This document shows, piece after piece, positions 10,254 to 19,499 of a stretch of 64,000 bases of DNA. Below the pieces are notes generated by a model. The model was given only the letters and a program-made list of their open reading frames with translations, was not told the origin of the DNA and ran no database searches. The translations under genes were made by a program, and so were the position numbers. Source of the stretch: an uncultured Rhodocyclaceae bacterium (lineage in GTDB: Bacteria > Pseudomonadota > Gammaproteobacteria > Burkholderiales > Rhodocyclaceae); the NCBI GenBank assembly GCA_964596295.1, contig CAZQTB010000002.1, positions 4,355 through 68,354 on the forward strand, given 5' to 3'. The first letter of the stretch is position 1, and every line of letters begins with the position of its first letter.

Positions 10254-11400
10254 GGGAGGAGGGGTGCAGCACGAGCCAGGGCAGGACGAGGTAAGGCCAC
10301 AACGCAGTCACGAAGTGGGTGAGGCCGTGAAAGTTGAGAAACTGGCCGGGGTTCCATGCGTGCAGCGCATTTTCCAGGTAGGGATTGACCGGTGCGAGGT
10401 TGACCAGCACGCTGGTCGCCAGCAAAGCCAGCGCAGCCAGCGCCCGCTGCAGGGCAGGCGGCAGGGCCAGGGCCGCCAGCCATAACCCACAGCCTGCGCC
10501 CAGCCCCGTCATGCTGCCGGGCGTGGCCCATGCGAATGCCGCCTGCGGCTGCATCATGAGGGCGAAGGCGAGGGTTTTTGCCGCCAGACCGAAGGTGAGG
10601 AGCAGGACGGGGAAAAGTGCCGCCTTCGGCGTCCAACCAATCAGGCTACGCAAGGACAACCATTGCCGGCTTGCGCCGGCGCGTTGCCGACGCTGGTTTG
10701 AATCCGTTTCTGGACGATGCGGCGCGATAAGGCTGGCCGCCAGCAGCGCAGCCAGCGCGCCGCTGGCGGCAATCAGGCTTTCCATGCGCTGGAAGCCCGC
10801 GGCGCTGAAGGCTTGCGTGGCAGGCAACGCGATCAGCCGGCGCAGGTCGCCGGCGCCGAACAGCAGCGTCGCCGGGTCGAGCTGGATCAGCAGCCACAAA
10901 CCCATCAGCACCAGACCCGTTTCGACGCTTTGCCCCTGATCCGGCCAGTGCGTGTGCCGCAGGTTGTCGATCAGCCGCCGCCCCCGGAATGCGCCGGGCA
11001 GTGCGCCGAGCAGCGCGCCCAGGGCGTTGCCGGCAAGGTCGAGATTGGATGCAACGCGGCTGGGCAGATAGTTCTGCGCCAACTCCATGAGAAAGCTCAA
11101 GGCGACTGCCGCGAGCACGGCCAGCCACCAGGCGTATGCCGCGGCCAGCCACTGGCGCAGGGCCGCCGCGAGGAAGAAACCCAAAGGCACGTAGGCGGCC
11201 AGATTGGTCAGCAGATCGAAGGCGGTGGTGTAGCGCGGCCAGCCGGCAAAAAGAAAGTCCAGCGCCGAAGCGCCGCTGCTGCGCCAAGTGGTGAGCGGGT
11301 AGAGGCTGGCATAGACGATCAGCAGCGCATAGCCGAGGCTGAGATACAACGCCAGGGGTGTGTGGGTGTGCGTGAATGGTCTAGTCACGAACTTTGTCAT
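10243..11400 (-). CDS. VanZ-family membrane protein
   Basis: YASLYP, NLAAYVPLGF, ELAQNYLPSRVAS..DL..N..G; many TM helices. Confidence 0.8.
   Translation of the reverse strand: MTKFVTRPFTHTHTPLALYLSLGYALLIVYASLYPLTTWRSSGASALDFLFAGWPRYTTAFDLLTNLAAYVPLGFFLAAALRQWLAAAYAWWLAVLAAVALSFLMELAQNYLPSRVASNLDLAGNALGALLGALPGAFRGRRLIDNLRHTHWPDQGQSVETGLVLMGLWLLIQLDPATLLFGAGDLRRLIALPATQAFSAAGFQRMESLIAASGALAALLAASLIAPHRPETDSNQRRQRAGASRQWLSLRSLIGWTPKAALFPVLLLTFGLAAKTLAFALMMQPQAAFAWATPGSMTGLGAGCGLWLAALALPPALQRALAALALLATSVLVNLAPVNPYLENALHAWNPGQFLNFHGLTHFVTALWPYLVLPWLVLHPSSHAR
10689..10716 (+). repeat. Dispersed repeat, extended copy inside VanZ-family gene
   Basis: GACGCTGG-TTTGAATCCGTTTCTGGAC-G; encodes RPETDSNQR in a polar loop. 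Confidence 0.9.
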
Positions 11401-12904
11401 GCAGGTGCAGCGCATGCGCATGATGCGGCTCGGTCACATGATGCGTCTGCGCCGCCGCGTGGTGGCCGTGACGCAGCGCATCGTGGATGCCTGCGTCGTG
11501 GTGCATCACCTGCGGCAGCAGCGAGCCGGCAATCATGCCCGCGATGCTGGCCAGCAAGCCGGCGAACTGGGCGGGGACAAAAGGATCCTCGGGTCCGAAG
11601 ATGAGCAGCGCCAGCCAGGTGGATAAACCGAGAAATATCGCCGTTGCCGCCCCCTGATTGGTGGCGCGCCGCCAGTAAATGCCGCATACCAGCGGCACAA
11701 AAGCCGTCACCAGCGTGATCTGGTAGGCATTCTCGACCATCTTGAAAATGCTGGCCTTGGAATTCACCGCATACAGTGTGACCAGCAGGGTGAACGTCAG
11801 CGTCACGGCGCGCATGGCAAACAGCAGCTTGCGGTCGGACATCCGTCCCAGCATGGGTTTCAGGATGTTTTCGGTGAACGTGACCGACGGCGCCAGCAGC
11901 GTGGCCGAAGCGCAGCTCTTGATGGCCGACAGCAGCGCGCCGAAGAACATGATCTGCGCCACCAGCGGGGCTTTTTCCAGCACCAGCCGCGGCAGAATCA
12001 TCTGCGGGTCGGTGTCGGCCAGTTCGGCGACCATCTGCGGGGCGATCAATGTCGCCGAATAGGCGAGGAACATGGGCACAAACGCGAACATGAAATAGAG
12101 GCTGCCGCCCAGCACCGCGCCCCAGACGGCGATTTTCTCGGTACGCGACGACTGTACGCGCTGGAACACGTCCTGTTGCGGAATCGAGCCGAACATCATG
12201 GTTATCCACGCCGCAGTGAAGGCGAGGATTTCCTTGAGATCAGGGGCGGGCCAGAAGTCGAACTTGCCGGCCCGTGCGGCGTGATCGATGACCACGCCGA
12301 CGCCGCCGACCATGCCGCTGACCTCGCCCCCTATCCACAGCATGCCGATGACGATAATGATCATTTGCAGAAAGTCGGTAATCGCCACTGCCCACATGCC
12401 GCCGAACAGGGTGTAAATGAGGATGGTGGACGAACCGATCCACATGCCGGCAAGACGGCTGATCTCGCCATCCGAGAGCACATTGAAGACCAGGCCCAGC
12501 GCGGTAATCTGCGCCCCCACCCAGCCCAGGTAGGAAATGACGATGGCAATCGTCGTCGCCGTTTCGACGGTGCGGCCGAAACGCTTCCTGTAAAAATCGC
12601 CTATGGTCAGCAGATTCATGCGGTACAGCGGCGCAGCGAAGAACAGGCCGACCAGAATCAGGCACAGCGAGGCGCCAAACGGATCAGTCACGACACCGTG
12701 CAAGCCTTCCTTGAGAAAGGTGGCAGGAATGCCGAGCACGGTTTCCGCGCCGAACCAGGTGGCGAACACGGTCGCCGTCACCATGTAAAAAGGCAGGTGG
12801 CGGCCGGCGATGGCGAAGTCGCGGGTGTTGTGTACGCGGGTGCCTGCATAGAGGCCGATACCGACCGAGATGATCCAATAGGCAATGACAAACCAGAACA
12901 GCAT
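11381..12904 (-). CDS. Sodium:solute symporter (SSS) family transporter with His-rich C-terminal tail
   Basis: DFAIAGRHLP, ATWFGAE, YT.FGGMWAVAITD..Q, QQDVFQRV. Confidence 0.9.
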   Translation of the reverse strand: MLFWFVIAYWIISVGIGLYAGTRVHNTRDFAIAGRHLPFYMVTATVFATWFGAETVLGIPATFLKEGLHGVVTDPFGASLCLILVGLFFAAPLYRMNLLTIGDFYRKRFGRTVETATTIAIVISYLGWVGAQITALGLVFNVLSDGEISRLAGMWIGSSTILIYTLFGGMWAVAITDFLQMIIIVIGMLWIGGEVSGMVGGVGVVIDHAARAGKFDFWPAPDLKEILAFTAAWITMMFGSIPQQDVFQRVQSSRTEKIAVWGAVLGGSLYFMFAFVPMFLAYSATLIAPQMVAELADTDPQMILPRLVLEKAPLVAQIMFFGALLSAIKSCASATLLAPSVTFTENILKPMLGRMSDRKLLFAMRAVTLTFTLLVTLYAVNSKASIFKMVENAYQITLVTAFVPLVCGIYWRRATNQGAATAIFLGLSTWLALLIFGPEDPFVPAQFAGLLASIAGMIAGSLLPQVMHHDAGIHDALRHGHHAAAQTHHVTEPHHAHALHLHDKVRD

Positions 12905-12918
12905 GTGCGTCGTCTCCG

Positions 12919-14466
12919 TTAGCGCATGAGCAGGGCGGCCAATATGCCGCCTAATAGTAAAGCAATCAAGACCAGCAACCGGCGTTCTTGCGCTGCCTCG
13001 GCGCGCAGGGCGGCAAGCTCGGCGAGCACGTCGCCGTGGCGATCGGCGCTGAGCGCCTGGTGCGCCAGGCGCGGCAGCGCGGGCAGCAGCGTGACCCAGG
13101 CGGGGGCTTCGCGCTTCAGGTTGTTGAGGAGGCCGCGCCAGCCAAGCTGTTCGCTCATCCAGCGTTCAAGAAAAGGCTTGGCCGTCTTCCACAGGTCAAG
13201 GTCGGGATCGAGCTCGCGGCCGAGGCCTTCGATGTTGAGCAGGGTTTTTTGCAGCAGCACAAGCTGCGGCTGCACCGCGACATTGAAGCGGCGCGAGGTC
13301 TGGAACAGGCGCAGCAGCACGCGGCCGAATGAAATGTCTTTCAGCGGGCGGTCGAATATCGGCTCGCAGACGGCGCGAATGGCCGACTCGAATTCGTCAA
13401 TGCGGGTGTCTTTGGGCGCCCAGCCGGATTCGACATGCACTTCGGCCACGCGCTTGTAGTCGCGCTGGAAAAAGGCGAGAAAATTTTGCGCCAGATAGTT
13501 TTTATCGACGTCCGTCAGCGTGCCGACAATGCCGAAATCGAGCGCAATGTAGCGGCCTTTTGTTGCGCCTGTGGTGGCGACAAAAATGTTGCCGGGGTGC
13601 ATGTCGGCGTGGAAAAAACCATCGCGGAACACCTGGGTGAAAAAAATCTCGACCCCGGCGCGGGCCAGGCGCGGAATGTCCACGCCCGCTTCACGCAGGG
13701 CTTCGACATGCGAAATCGGCATGCCGTGCATGCGCTCCATCACCATCACATTGTGCGTGCACCAGTCCCAATACACTTCCGGCACGATGAGCAATGCGGA
13801 ATCCGCAAAATTGCGCCGCAGTTGCGAGCAATTCGCGGCCTCGCGCATCAGGTCCAACTCGTCATGCAGGTACTTGTCGAATTCGGCCACCACTTCGCGC
13901 GGCTTCAGCCGCCGGCCATCGGCCCAGAGCCTTTCCAGCCAGGCGGCGGCAATCTCCAGCAGCGCGATGTCGTGGTCAATCACCGGGCGAATGCCGGGGC
14001 GCAGAATTTTCACCGCCACCTGGCGGCCCCCATCGCGTTCATGCAGGGTGGCGAGATGCACCTGTGCTACCGAAGCCGAGGCCACCGGCTCGCGGCTGAA
14101 TTCGGCGAAAACCTGATGCACCGGCTTGCCGTAGGCGGCTTCCAGTTCAGCCACGGCGAGCGCCGGGGCAAACGGCGGCACACGATCCTGGAGTTTGGCC
14201 AGCTCTTCCGCCAGATCGCCCGGCAAAAGATCGCGGCGGGTGGAGAGCACCTGGCCGAATTTGACGAAGATCGGCCCCAATTCTTCCAGCGCCTGGCGCA
14301 GGCGCTGACCGCGCGGGGCGGAAAGATCGCGCCAGAACAGCAGTTTCTGCAAGGACAATAACATCCGTCCCCAGAGACCGAAGACATTGTCATTGTCGAG
14401 AATCATGCGGTCCAGACCATAAAGGTAGACCACACGCGCAATACGGAAGATGCGGAAGATGCGCAC
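12919..14466 (-). CDS. ubiB: Ubiquinone biosynthesis protein kinase-like UbiB
   Basis: [39 protein letters not shown]. Confidence 0.96.
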   Translation of the reverse strand: MRIFRIFRIARVVYLYGLDRMILDNDNVFGLWGRMLLSLQKLLFWRDLSAPRGQRLRQALEELGPIFVKFGQVLSTRRDLLPGDLAEELAKLQDRVPPFAPALAVAELEAAYGKPVHQVFAEFSREPVASASVAQVHLATLHERDGGRQVAVKILRPGIRPVIDHDIALLEIAAAWLERLWADGRRLKPREVVAEFDKYLHDELDLMREAANCSQLRRNFADSALLIVPEVYWDWCTHNVMVMERMHGMPISHVEALREAGVDIPRLARAGVEIFFTQVFRDGFFHADMHPGNIFVATTGATKGRYIALDFGIVGTLTDVDKNYLAQNFLAFFQRDYKRVAEVHVESGWAPKDTRIDEFESAIRAVCEPIFDRPLKDISFGRVLLRLFQTSRRFNVAVQPQLVLLQKTLLNIEGLGRELDPDLDLWKTAKPFLERWMSEQLGWRGLLNNLKREAPAWVTLLPALPRLAHQALSADRHGDVLAELAALRAEAAQERRLLVLIALLLGGILAALLMR

Positions 14467-14517
14467 GGCAGGGGGCGGGTGTTCAGAAAACGGGAAGTAT
14501 AATTCAGCGCCCGTTCA

Positions 14518-16284
14518 ATGCCTGTCCCAGCCATGCCGTCCGCTACCAGCCCCACTCTCCGTCAGCACCTCACCGACTTGTTGCGCGCTGCGCTGCTCAG
14601 CGTTGCCCCCGATCAGTGGGACGCCGACATCCTCCTCGAACGCCCCAAGCAGGCAAGCCATGGCGACTTTGCCAGCAGCCTGGCGCTGCAATTGGCGCGC
14701 CGCCTGAAGACCGGCCCGCGGCAAATCGCCGAGCGCCTGATGCGCGAGCTGCCGCCTTCGCCTTTTGTCGCAAAAGCTGAAATTGCCGGCGCCGGTTTCA
14801 TCAATTTCACGCTGACGCCGGCGGCCCGCACGGCGGTTATTCACGCGGTGCTGGCGGCAGGGGAAAACTTCGGCCGCGCCCCGTCCAGCGGACGCCGGGT
14901 GCAAGTCGAGTTCGTTTCCGCCAATCCCACCGGGCCGTTGCATGTCGGCCACGGCCGCGGCGCGGCGTATGGCGCCAGCCTTTCTTCACTGCTGGCTTTT
15001 GCCGGCTTTGCGGTCAGCCGCGAATACTACGTGAATGATGCCGGACGGCAGATGGATATCCTCGCCGTTTCCACCTGGCTGCGCTACCTTGAACTTTTTG
15101 GCGAAGTCGCGCCCTTCCCACCCAACGCCTATCAGGGCGACTATGTGCGCGACATGGCCGGGCAGATCAAGGCGGCGCACGGCGACCGCTATGTGCACCC
15201 GGCGGCGGCCGTGATGGCCTGTGTGCCGGAGACCGGCGAACCCGATGCGCGGCTTGACGCTTGCATCGTCGCCGGCAAGGATTTGCTGGGCGAAGGCTGG
15301 GGCTACATCCATCAGCATGTGCTGAACGAACAGCTTATTGATTGTCGCACCGACCTGGAAGAATTCGGCGTGCATTTCGATGCCTGGTTTTCCGAGCGCA
15401 GCCTGTACGATACCGGCAAGGTGGCGCAGGCCGTGGCCATGCTGACAGCCAGTCACCACACCTACGAACAGGATGGCGCGCTGTGGTTTCGTTCCACCGC
15501 CTTCGGCGACGAAAAGGATCGCGTGCTGCGCCGTGACAACGGCATTTACACTTATTTTGCTTCCGACATCGCCTATCACCTGAACAAGTTTGAGCGCGGC
15601 TTCGACAAGCTGATCGATGTCTGGGGAGCCGATCACCACGGCTATATTTCGCGCGTCAAGGGTGCGCTTACCGCCGTCGGGGCCGACGCCAGCCGGCTCG
15701 ACGTGCCGCTGGTGCAATTCGTCAGCCTGTTTCGCAACGGCGAGAAGGCTTCGATGTCAACCCGTTCGGGCGAGTATGTGACCTTGCGCCAGTTGCGCGC
15801 CGAAGTCGGCAACGATGCCTGCCGCTTTTTTTACATGCTGCGCAAATGCGATCAGGCGCTGGATTTCGACCTCGATCTGGCAAAAAGCCAGAGCAACGAT
15901 AATCCGGTGTATTACGTGCAGTATGCGCACGCCCGCATCTGCTCGGTGCTGGCGCAATGTGACGACGCTGCGGCGGGGGATGCCGCCGCGCTGGCCACGG
16001 CCGACCTGGCGCCCCTGACGCATGAACGCGAAGCTGCGCTATGCCAGCGCCTGGCCGAATTTCCCGAACTGATTCAAACCGCGGCGCGCGATTATGCGCC
16101 GCATGCGCTGGCCTTCTACCTCAAGGACCTGGCTGCCGATTTTCACGGCTGGTACAACGCCGAGCGCGTGCTGGTGGATGAGGAGGCGACCCGCCATGCG
16201 CGGCTGGCGCTTGCGCTGGCCACGCGGCAAGTGTTGCAAAATGGCCTTTCCCTTCTTGGCGTCTCCCAACCTGAAAGTATGTAA
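14518..16284 (+). CDS. argS: Arginine--tRNA ligase
   Basis: EFVSANPTGPLHVGHGR (HIGH-like), MSTRSG, NPVYYVQYAHAR; alternative start 14533. Confidence 0.97.
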   Translation: MPVPAMPSATSPTLRQHLTDLLRAALLSVAPDQWDADILLERPKQASHGDFASSLALQLARRLKTGPRQIAERLMRELPPSPFVAKAEIAGAGFINFTLTPAARTAVIHAVLAAGENFGRAPSSGRRVQVEFVSANPTGPLHVGHGRGAAYGASLSSLLAFAGFAVSREYYVNDAGRQMDILAVSTWLRYLELFGEVAPFPPNAYQGDYVRDMAGQIKAAHGDRYVHPAAAVMACVPETGEPDARLDACIVAGKDLLGEGWGYIHQHVLNEQLIDCRTDLEEFGVHFDAWFSERSLYDTGKVAQAVAMLTASHHTYEQDGALWFRSTAFGDEKDRVLRRDNGIYTYFASDIAYHLNKFERGFDKLIDVWGADHHGYISRVKGALTAVGADASRLDVPLVQFVSLFRNGEKASMSTRSGEYVTLRQLRAEVGNDACRFFYMLRKCDQALDFDLDLAKSQSNDNPVYYVQYAHARICSVLAQCDDAAAGDAAALATADLAPLTHEREAALCQRLAEFPELIQTAARDYAPHALAFYLKDLAADFHGWYNAERVLVDEEATRHARLALALATRQVLQNGLSLLGVSQPESM

Positions 16285-16287
16285 TCC

Positions 16288-16908
16288 ATGAAAAAAGACA
16301 ACATCGCCTTTGCATCCGCTTCCGGACAACGTCCATCGCGCAGGAACAGCAACGGCGGCACGCTGCTGGGCATGTTTATCGGCCTGGTCACCGGTCTGGT
16401 CATTGCGTTTGCCGTGGTCTGGTATCTCAACAAGACGCCATTGCCTTTCCAGGACAGGGCCGCAGATGAGCCGCATGTTGCCAACAGCCAGGGAGCGGCG
16501 ACCCCTGCGCCCTTGCCGGGCAAGCCCGGCGACAAGCCGCGCTTCGAGTTTTATGGCATTCTCGAAGGCAAGCAGCAGGCGACGCCGGGCGCTGCCTCCG
16601 GCGCACCTTCGGCGGCGCCCGCTGTTACGGTCACGTCGCCGTCCGAAGTCAAACCCGTCGATGTATTCTTTCTTCAGGTGGGCGCTTTCCAGAAAACCCA
16701 GGACGTCGACAAGCTGAAGGCCAAGCTGGCGCTCATGGGCCTTGAAGCCAGCGTGCAGGAAATCAGCGTTGCCGACAAGGGCGTGATGCAGCGTGTGCGC
16801 GTCGGCCCTTTCCGCAGCCCCGAAGAAATGAATCGCGCCCGCACAGCGCTGGCGCAGGGCGGGGTGCAGACCACGGTGGTCAAACAGAAGGAACCGCCCG
16901 CCCAATGA
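16288..16908 (+). CDS. SPOR-domain cell division protein (FtsN-like)
   Basis: Single N-terminal TM, FEFYGIL, Pro/Ala linker, LQVGAF..RVRVGPF SPOR domain; argS-SPOR-dsbA order. Confidence 0.88.
   Translation: MKKDNIAFASASGQRPSRRNSNGGTLLGMFIGLVTGLVIAFAVVWYLNKTPLPFQDRAADEPHVANSQGAATPAPLPGKPGDKPRFEFYGILEGKQQATPGAASGAPSAAPAVTVTSPSEVKPVDVFFLQVGAFQKTQDVDKLKAKLALMGLEASVQEISVADKGVMQRVRVGPFRSPEEMNRARTALAQGGVQTTVVKQKEPPAQ
16309..16327 (+). repeat. Dispersed 19-bp repeat, degenerate copy in SPOR gene N-terminus
   Basis: TTTGCATCCGCTTCCGGAC (3 differences from consensus); encodes FASASG. Confidence 0.6.
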
Positions 16909-17546
16909 AACACTGGAAACGCTGGCGCGAAGTCCTGCTTATCCTGCTGCTCTGCCTTGGCGGCAGCGCGATGGCGGATGAACTTCGTCCGGGGCGGGAT
17001 TTTCGCCTGATCGATCCGCCGCTGGCGACGGAGGCGAAAGGCAGGATCGAGGTCATCGAGTTCTTCTGGTACGGCTGTCCGCATTGTTTCGACCTTGAGC
17101 CGCTGCTTGCGGCCTGGACCAGGACTTTGCCTGCGGATGCCGCCTTGCGGCGCGTGCCGGCGATTTTCCACAGCAAATGGGAGCCCGGAGCGCGGCTTTA
17201 TTACACGTTGGAAGCCATGCATCTCGTCGACTCCCTGCATAGCGCCGTGTTCAATGCCATTCACGTTGAGCGCCTGCGCCTTAATGACGAAAAAATCCTG
17301 TTTGACTGGGTGGCCCAGAAAGGAATCGATGCAAAGGCGTTTGCCGAGGCATGGAATTCTTTCGGCGTGCAAAGCCGCGTGCGCGAGGCCCAGCGGCTGA
17401 CCCAGGAATCGCGCATCACCGGCGTGCCGTCGCTGGTGATCGCCGGGCGCTACCAGGCGCTGACAACCGGCAATTACGGCAATCTGTTGCAGCGCGCCGG
17501 GCAGTTGATCGAACGCGCGCGCAACGAAGCGCTGCCGGGCAAGTAG
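16905..17546 (+). CDS. dsbA: Thiol:disulfide oxidoreductase DsbA
   Basis: Signal peptide, EFFWYGCPHC, GVP cis-Pro loop. Confidence 0.93.
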   Translation: MKHWKRWREVLLILLLCLGGSAMADELRPGRDFRLIDPPLATEAKGRIEVIEFFWYGCPHCFDLEPLLAAWTRTLPADAALRRVPAIFHSKWEPGARLYYTLEAMHLVDSLHSAVFNAIHVERLRLNDEKILFDWVAQKGIDAKAFAEAWNSFGVQSRVREAQRLTQESRITGVPSLVIAGRYQALTTGNYGNLLQRAGQLIERARNEALPGK

Positions 17547-17562
17547 GCAAGCAGGCCAGGCA

Positions 17563-18324
17563 GTGCGCGTTTTTATTACCGGCGCATCCAGCGGCATCGG
17601 CGAGGCGCTGGCCCGCCACTACGCGGCCACGGGTGCTGTGCTGGGCTTGGCGGCGCGTCGCCAGCGCCGACTTTCCGCGCTGGCCGCCAGCCTGCCCGGC
17701 GAGCATGCCTGCTATCCCATTGATGTGGCCGACAGCGCCGCCCTCGATGCGGCGGCCGCCGATTTCATCACGCGTTTCGGCTGCCCCGATATCGTGATCG
17801 CCAATGCCGGCATCTCGGTTGGCACCCTGACCGGCGAGGTCGAAGACCTGCCTGCCTTTCGCCGCGTTTTCGAAACCAATGTGCTGGGCATGGCGCATAC
17901 CTTCGCCCCTTTCATCCGGGCCATGCAGGCGCGCGGCAACGGGCGGCTGGCCGGCATCGCCTCGGTGGCAGGCATTCGCGGTCTGCCCGGCGCGGGCGCC
18001 TATTCCGCCTCGAAAGCCGCTGTCATCGCTTATCTCGAAGCGTTGCGGGTCGAGTTGCGCGGCAGCGGTATCAGGGTTGTCACCCTGGCCCCCGGCTACA
18101 TCGCCACCCCGATGACGGCAAACAATCCCTATCCGATGCCCTTTCTGCTGCCGGCGGACAAAGCCGCGCGGCGCTTTGCCCGCGCCATCGCACGCGGCGC
18201 CAGCTACACCGTGATTCCCTGGCCGATGGGCGTGGTGGCCAAGGTGTTGCGGTTGTTGCCCAATCCGCTGTTCGACTGGCTCTTCGCCCGTGCTGCGCGC
18301 AAGCCGCGCGGCCTGGATCTGTAA
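17563..18324 (+). CDS. Short-chain dehydrogenase/reductase
   Basis: TGASSGIG, NAG, YSASK. Confidence 0.92.
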   Translation: MRVFITGASSGIGEALARHYAATGAVLGLAARRQRRLSALAASLPGEHACYPIDVADSAALDAAAADFITRFGCPDIVIANAGISVGTLTGEVEDLPAFRRVFETNVLGMAHTFAPFIRAMQARGNGRLAGIASVAGIRGLPGAGAYSASKAAVIAYLEALRVELRGSGIRVVTLAPGYIATPMTANNPYPMPFLLPADKAARRFARAIARGASYTVIPWPMGVVAKVLRLLPNPLFDWLFARAARKPRGLDL

Positions 18325-18327
18325 AAC

Positions 18328-19122
18328 ATGGCCCTGGTCGATGCCCTCGGCCGCGAACACGTCCCGTTTAACGGCGCGCGGCGCATTGTCAGCCTGGTCC
18401 CCAGCCTGACCGAACTGATCTGCGATCTCGGCCTGGCCGCCTGCCTGGTGGGCCGCACAGGTTTTTGCATTCATCCGCGCGACACGTTGCGCGGCATACC
18501 GAAGATCGGCGGCACCAAGGATGTAAAAATCGCCGCGGTGCGCGCCCTTGCCCCCACGCATCTGATTGCTGACATTGACGAGAATCGCCGCGAGCAGGTC
18601 GAGGCGATGATGGCGTTTGTGCCGCAGGTCGTCGTCGTGCATCCGCGCACGCTGGACGACAATCTCGGGCTGTATTCCCTGCTCGGCGCAATTTTTCGCC
18701 GGGATGTCGAGGCGGCGCAGCTCAGCGCTGCCTTTCACGCCGCGCGCGCTGAACTGGCCGCCGTTGCCGCCACTCGCCCGCGCGAAGCCGTGCTGTACCC
18801 TATCTGGCGCGAGCCGTGGATGACCGTGAGCCGCGCAACCTACATCGCCTCAATGCTCGCCGCCGCGGGCTGGGACACGTTGCCCGCCGAGTCACCGGTG
18901 CGCTTTCCACAATTCGCCTGGGACGCGCCCTGGCTTGCCGCTATCGACCGCGTGCTGCTGCCTTCAGAGCCGTATGCCTTCACCGCGCGCGATCAGGCCG
19001 AAGTCGCTAGCCTGAGCGGCAGGCCCGTGCAGGCGATCGACGGCGAAATGGTCTCCTGGTACGGCAGCCGCGCCGTCGCGGGCTTGCGCTATCTGACCGA
19101 ACTGCGCCGGCAACCCGGTTGA
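18328..19122 (+). CDS. Helical-backbone metal receptor / BtuF-like binding protein
   Basis: RIVSLVPSLTE, VGRT.FCIHP, GGTK, SEPY.F, DGEMVSWYG; no obvious signal peptide. Confidence 0.8.
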   Translation: MALVDALGREHVPFNGARRIVSLVPSLTELICDLGLAACLVGRTGFCIHPRDTLRGIPKIGGTKDVKIAAVRALAPTHLIADIDENRREQVEAMMAFVPQVVVVHPRTLDDNLGLYSLLGAIFRRDVEAAQLSAAFHAARAELAAVAATRPREAVLYPIWREPWMTVSRATYIASMLAAAGWDTLPAESPVRFPQFAWDAPWLAAIDRVLLPSEPYAFTARDQAEVASLSGRPVQAIDGEMVSWYGSRAVAGLRYLTELRRQPG

Positions 19123-19131
19123 ATCGGCACC

Positions 19132-19158
19132 GTCCGGAACCGGATTCAAACCAGCGCC
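19132..19158 (-). repeat. Dispersed repeat, extended intergenic copy
   Basis: Reverse complement GGCGCTGG-TTTGAATCCGGTTCCGGAC; partial inverted partner GGTTGAATCGG at 19117-19127. Confidence 0.85.
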
Positions 19159-19171
19159 GAAATTTACGCTG

Positions 19172-19372
19172 TTACTTATGCAAACTTGCCGTGGTTTTGC
19201 CACCCAACCACTCTGGTAGCTCGCGCGTTCCGGCGTTATCGATGATGTACTGCCGTATGAGTTTTCTCACTACCTGGGAAGTGGTGAGGTCCTGGCTGGC
19301 GCAAATCTCCTCGAAGATTTTCTTTTTCTGCGGGTCGAGCAGGAGAGTCAGGCGGGCTGTTCGGTTTTCCAT
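19172..19372 (-). CDS. Ribbon-helix-helix (CopG-like) transcriptional regulator
   Basis: 66 aa; TARLTLLLD beta strand then two helices (SQVVRKLIRQYI); divergent from hyf-like operon. Confidence 0.8.
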   Translation of the reverse strand: MENRTARLTLLLDPQKKKIFEEICASQDLTTSQVVRKLIRQYIIDNAGTRELPEWLGGKTTASLHK

Positions 19373-19415
19373 GCGTATTTGATGTGTGTAAGGTTAGAAT
19401 TTTGATTGTATAGAG

Positions 19416-19431
19416 TGCTAATATAATTGCA
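19416..19431. promoter_or_regulatory. Imperfect palindrome containing a TATAAT -10 box in the divergent promoter region
   Basis: TGCTAATATAATTGCA in an AT-rich gap between RHH gene and hyfB-like gene. Confidence 0.4.
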
Positions 19432-19499
19432 ACCTGATTGACGGGGCAAGCAGTTTCTCGACACAACCCTGCAAGCTTGAGACAAGGACACGGCGCGGA

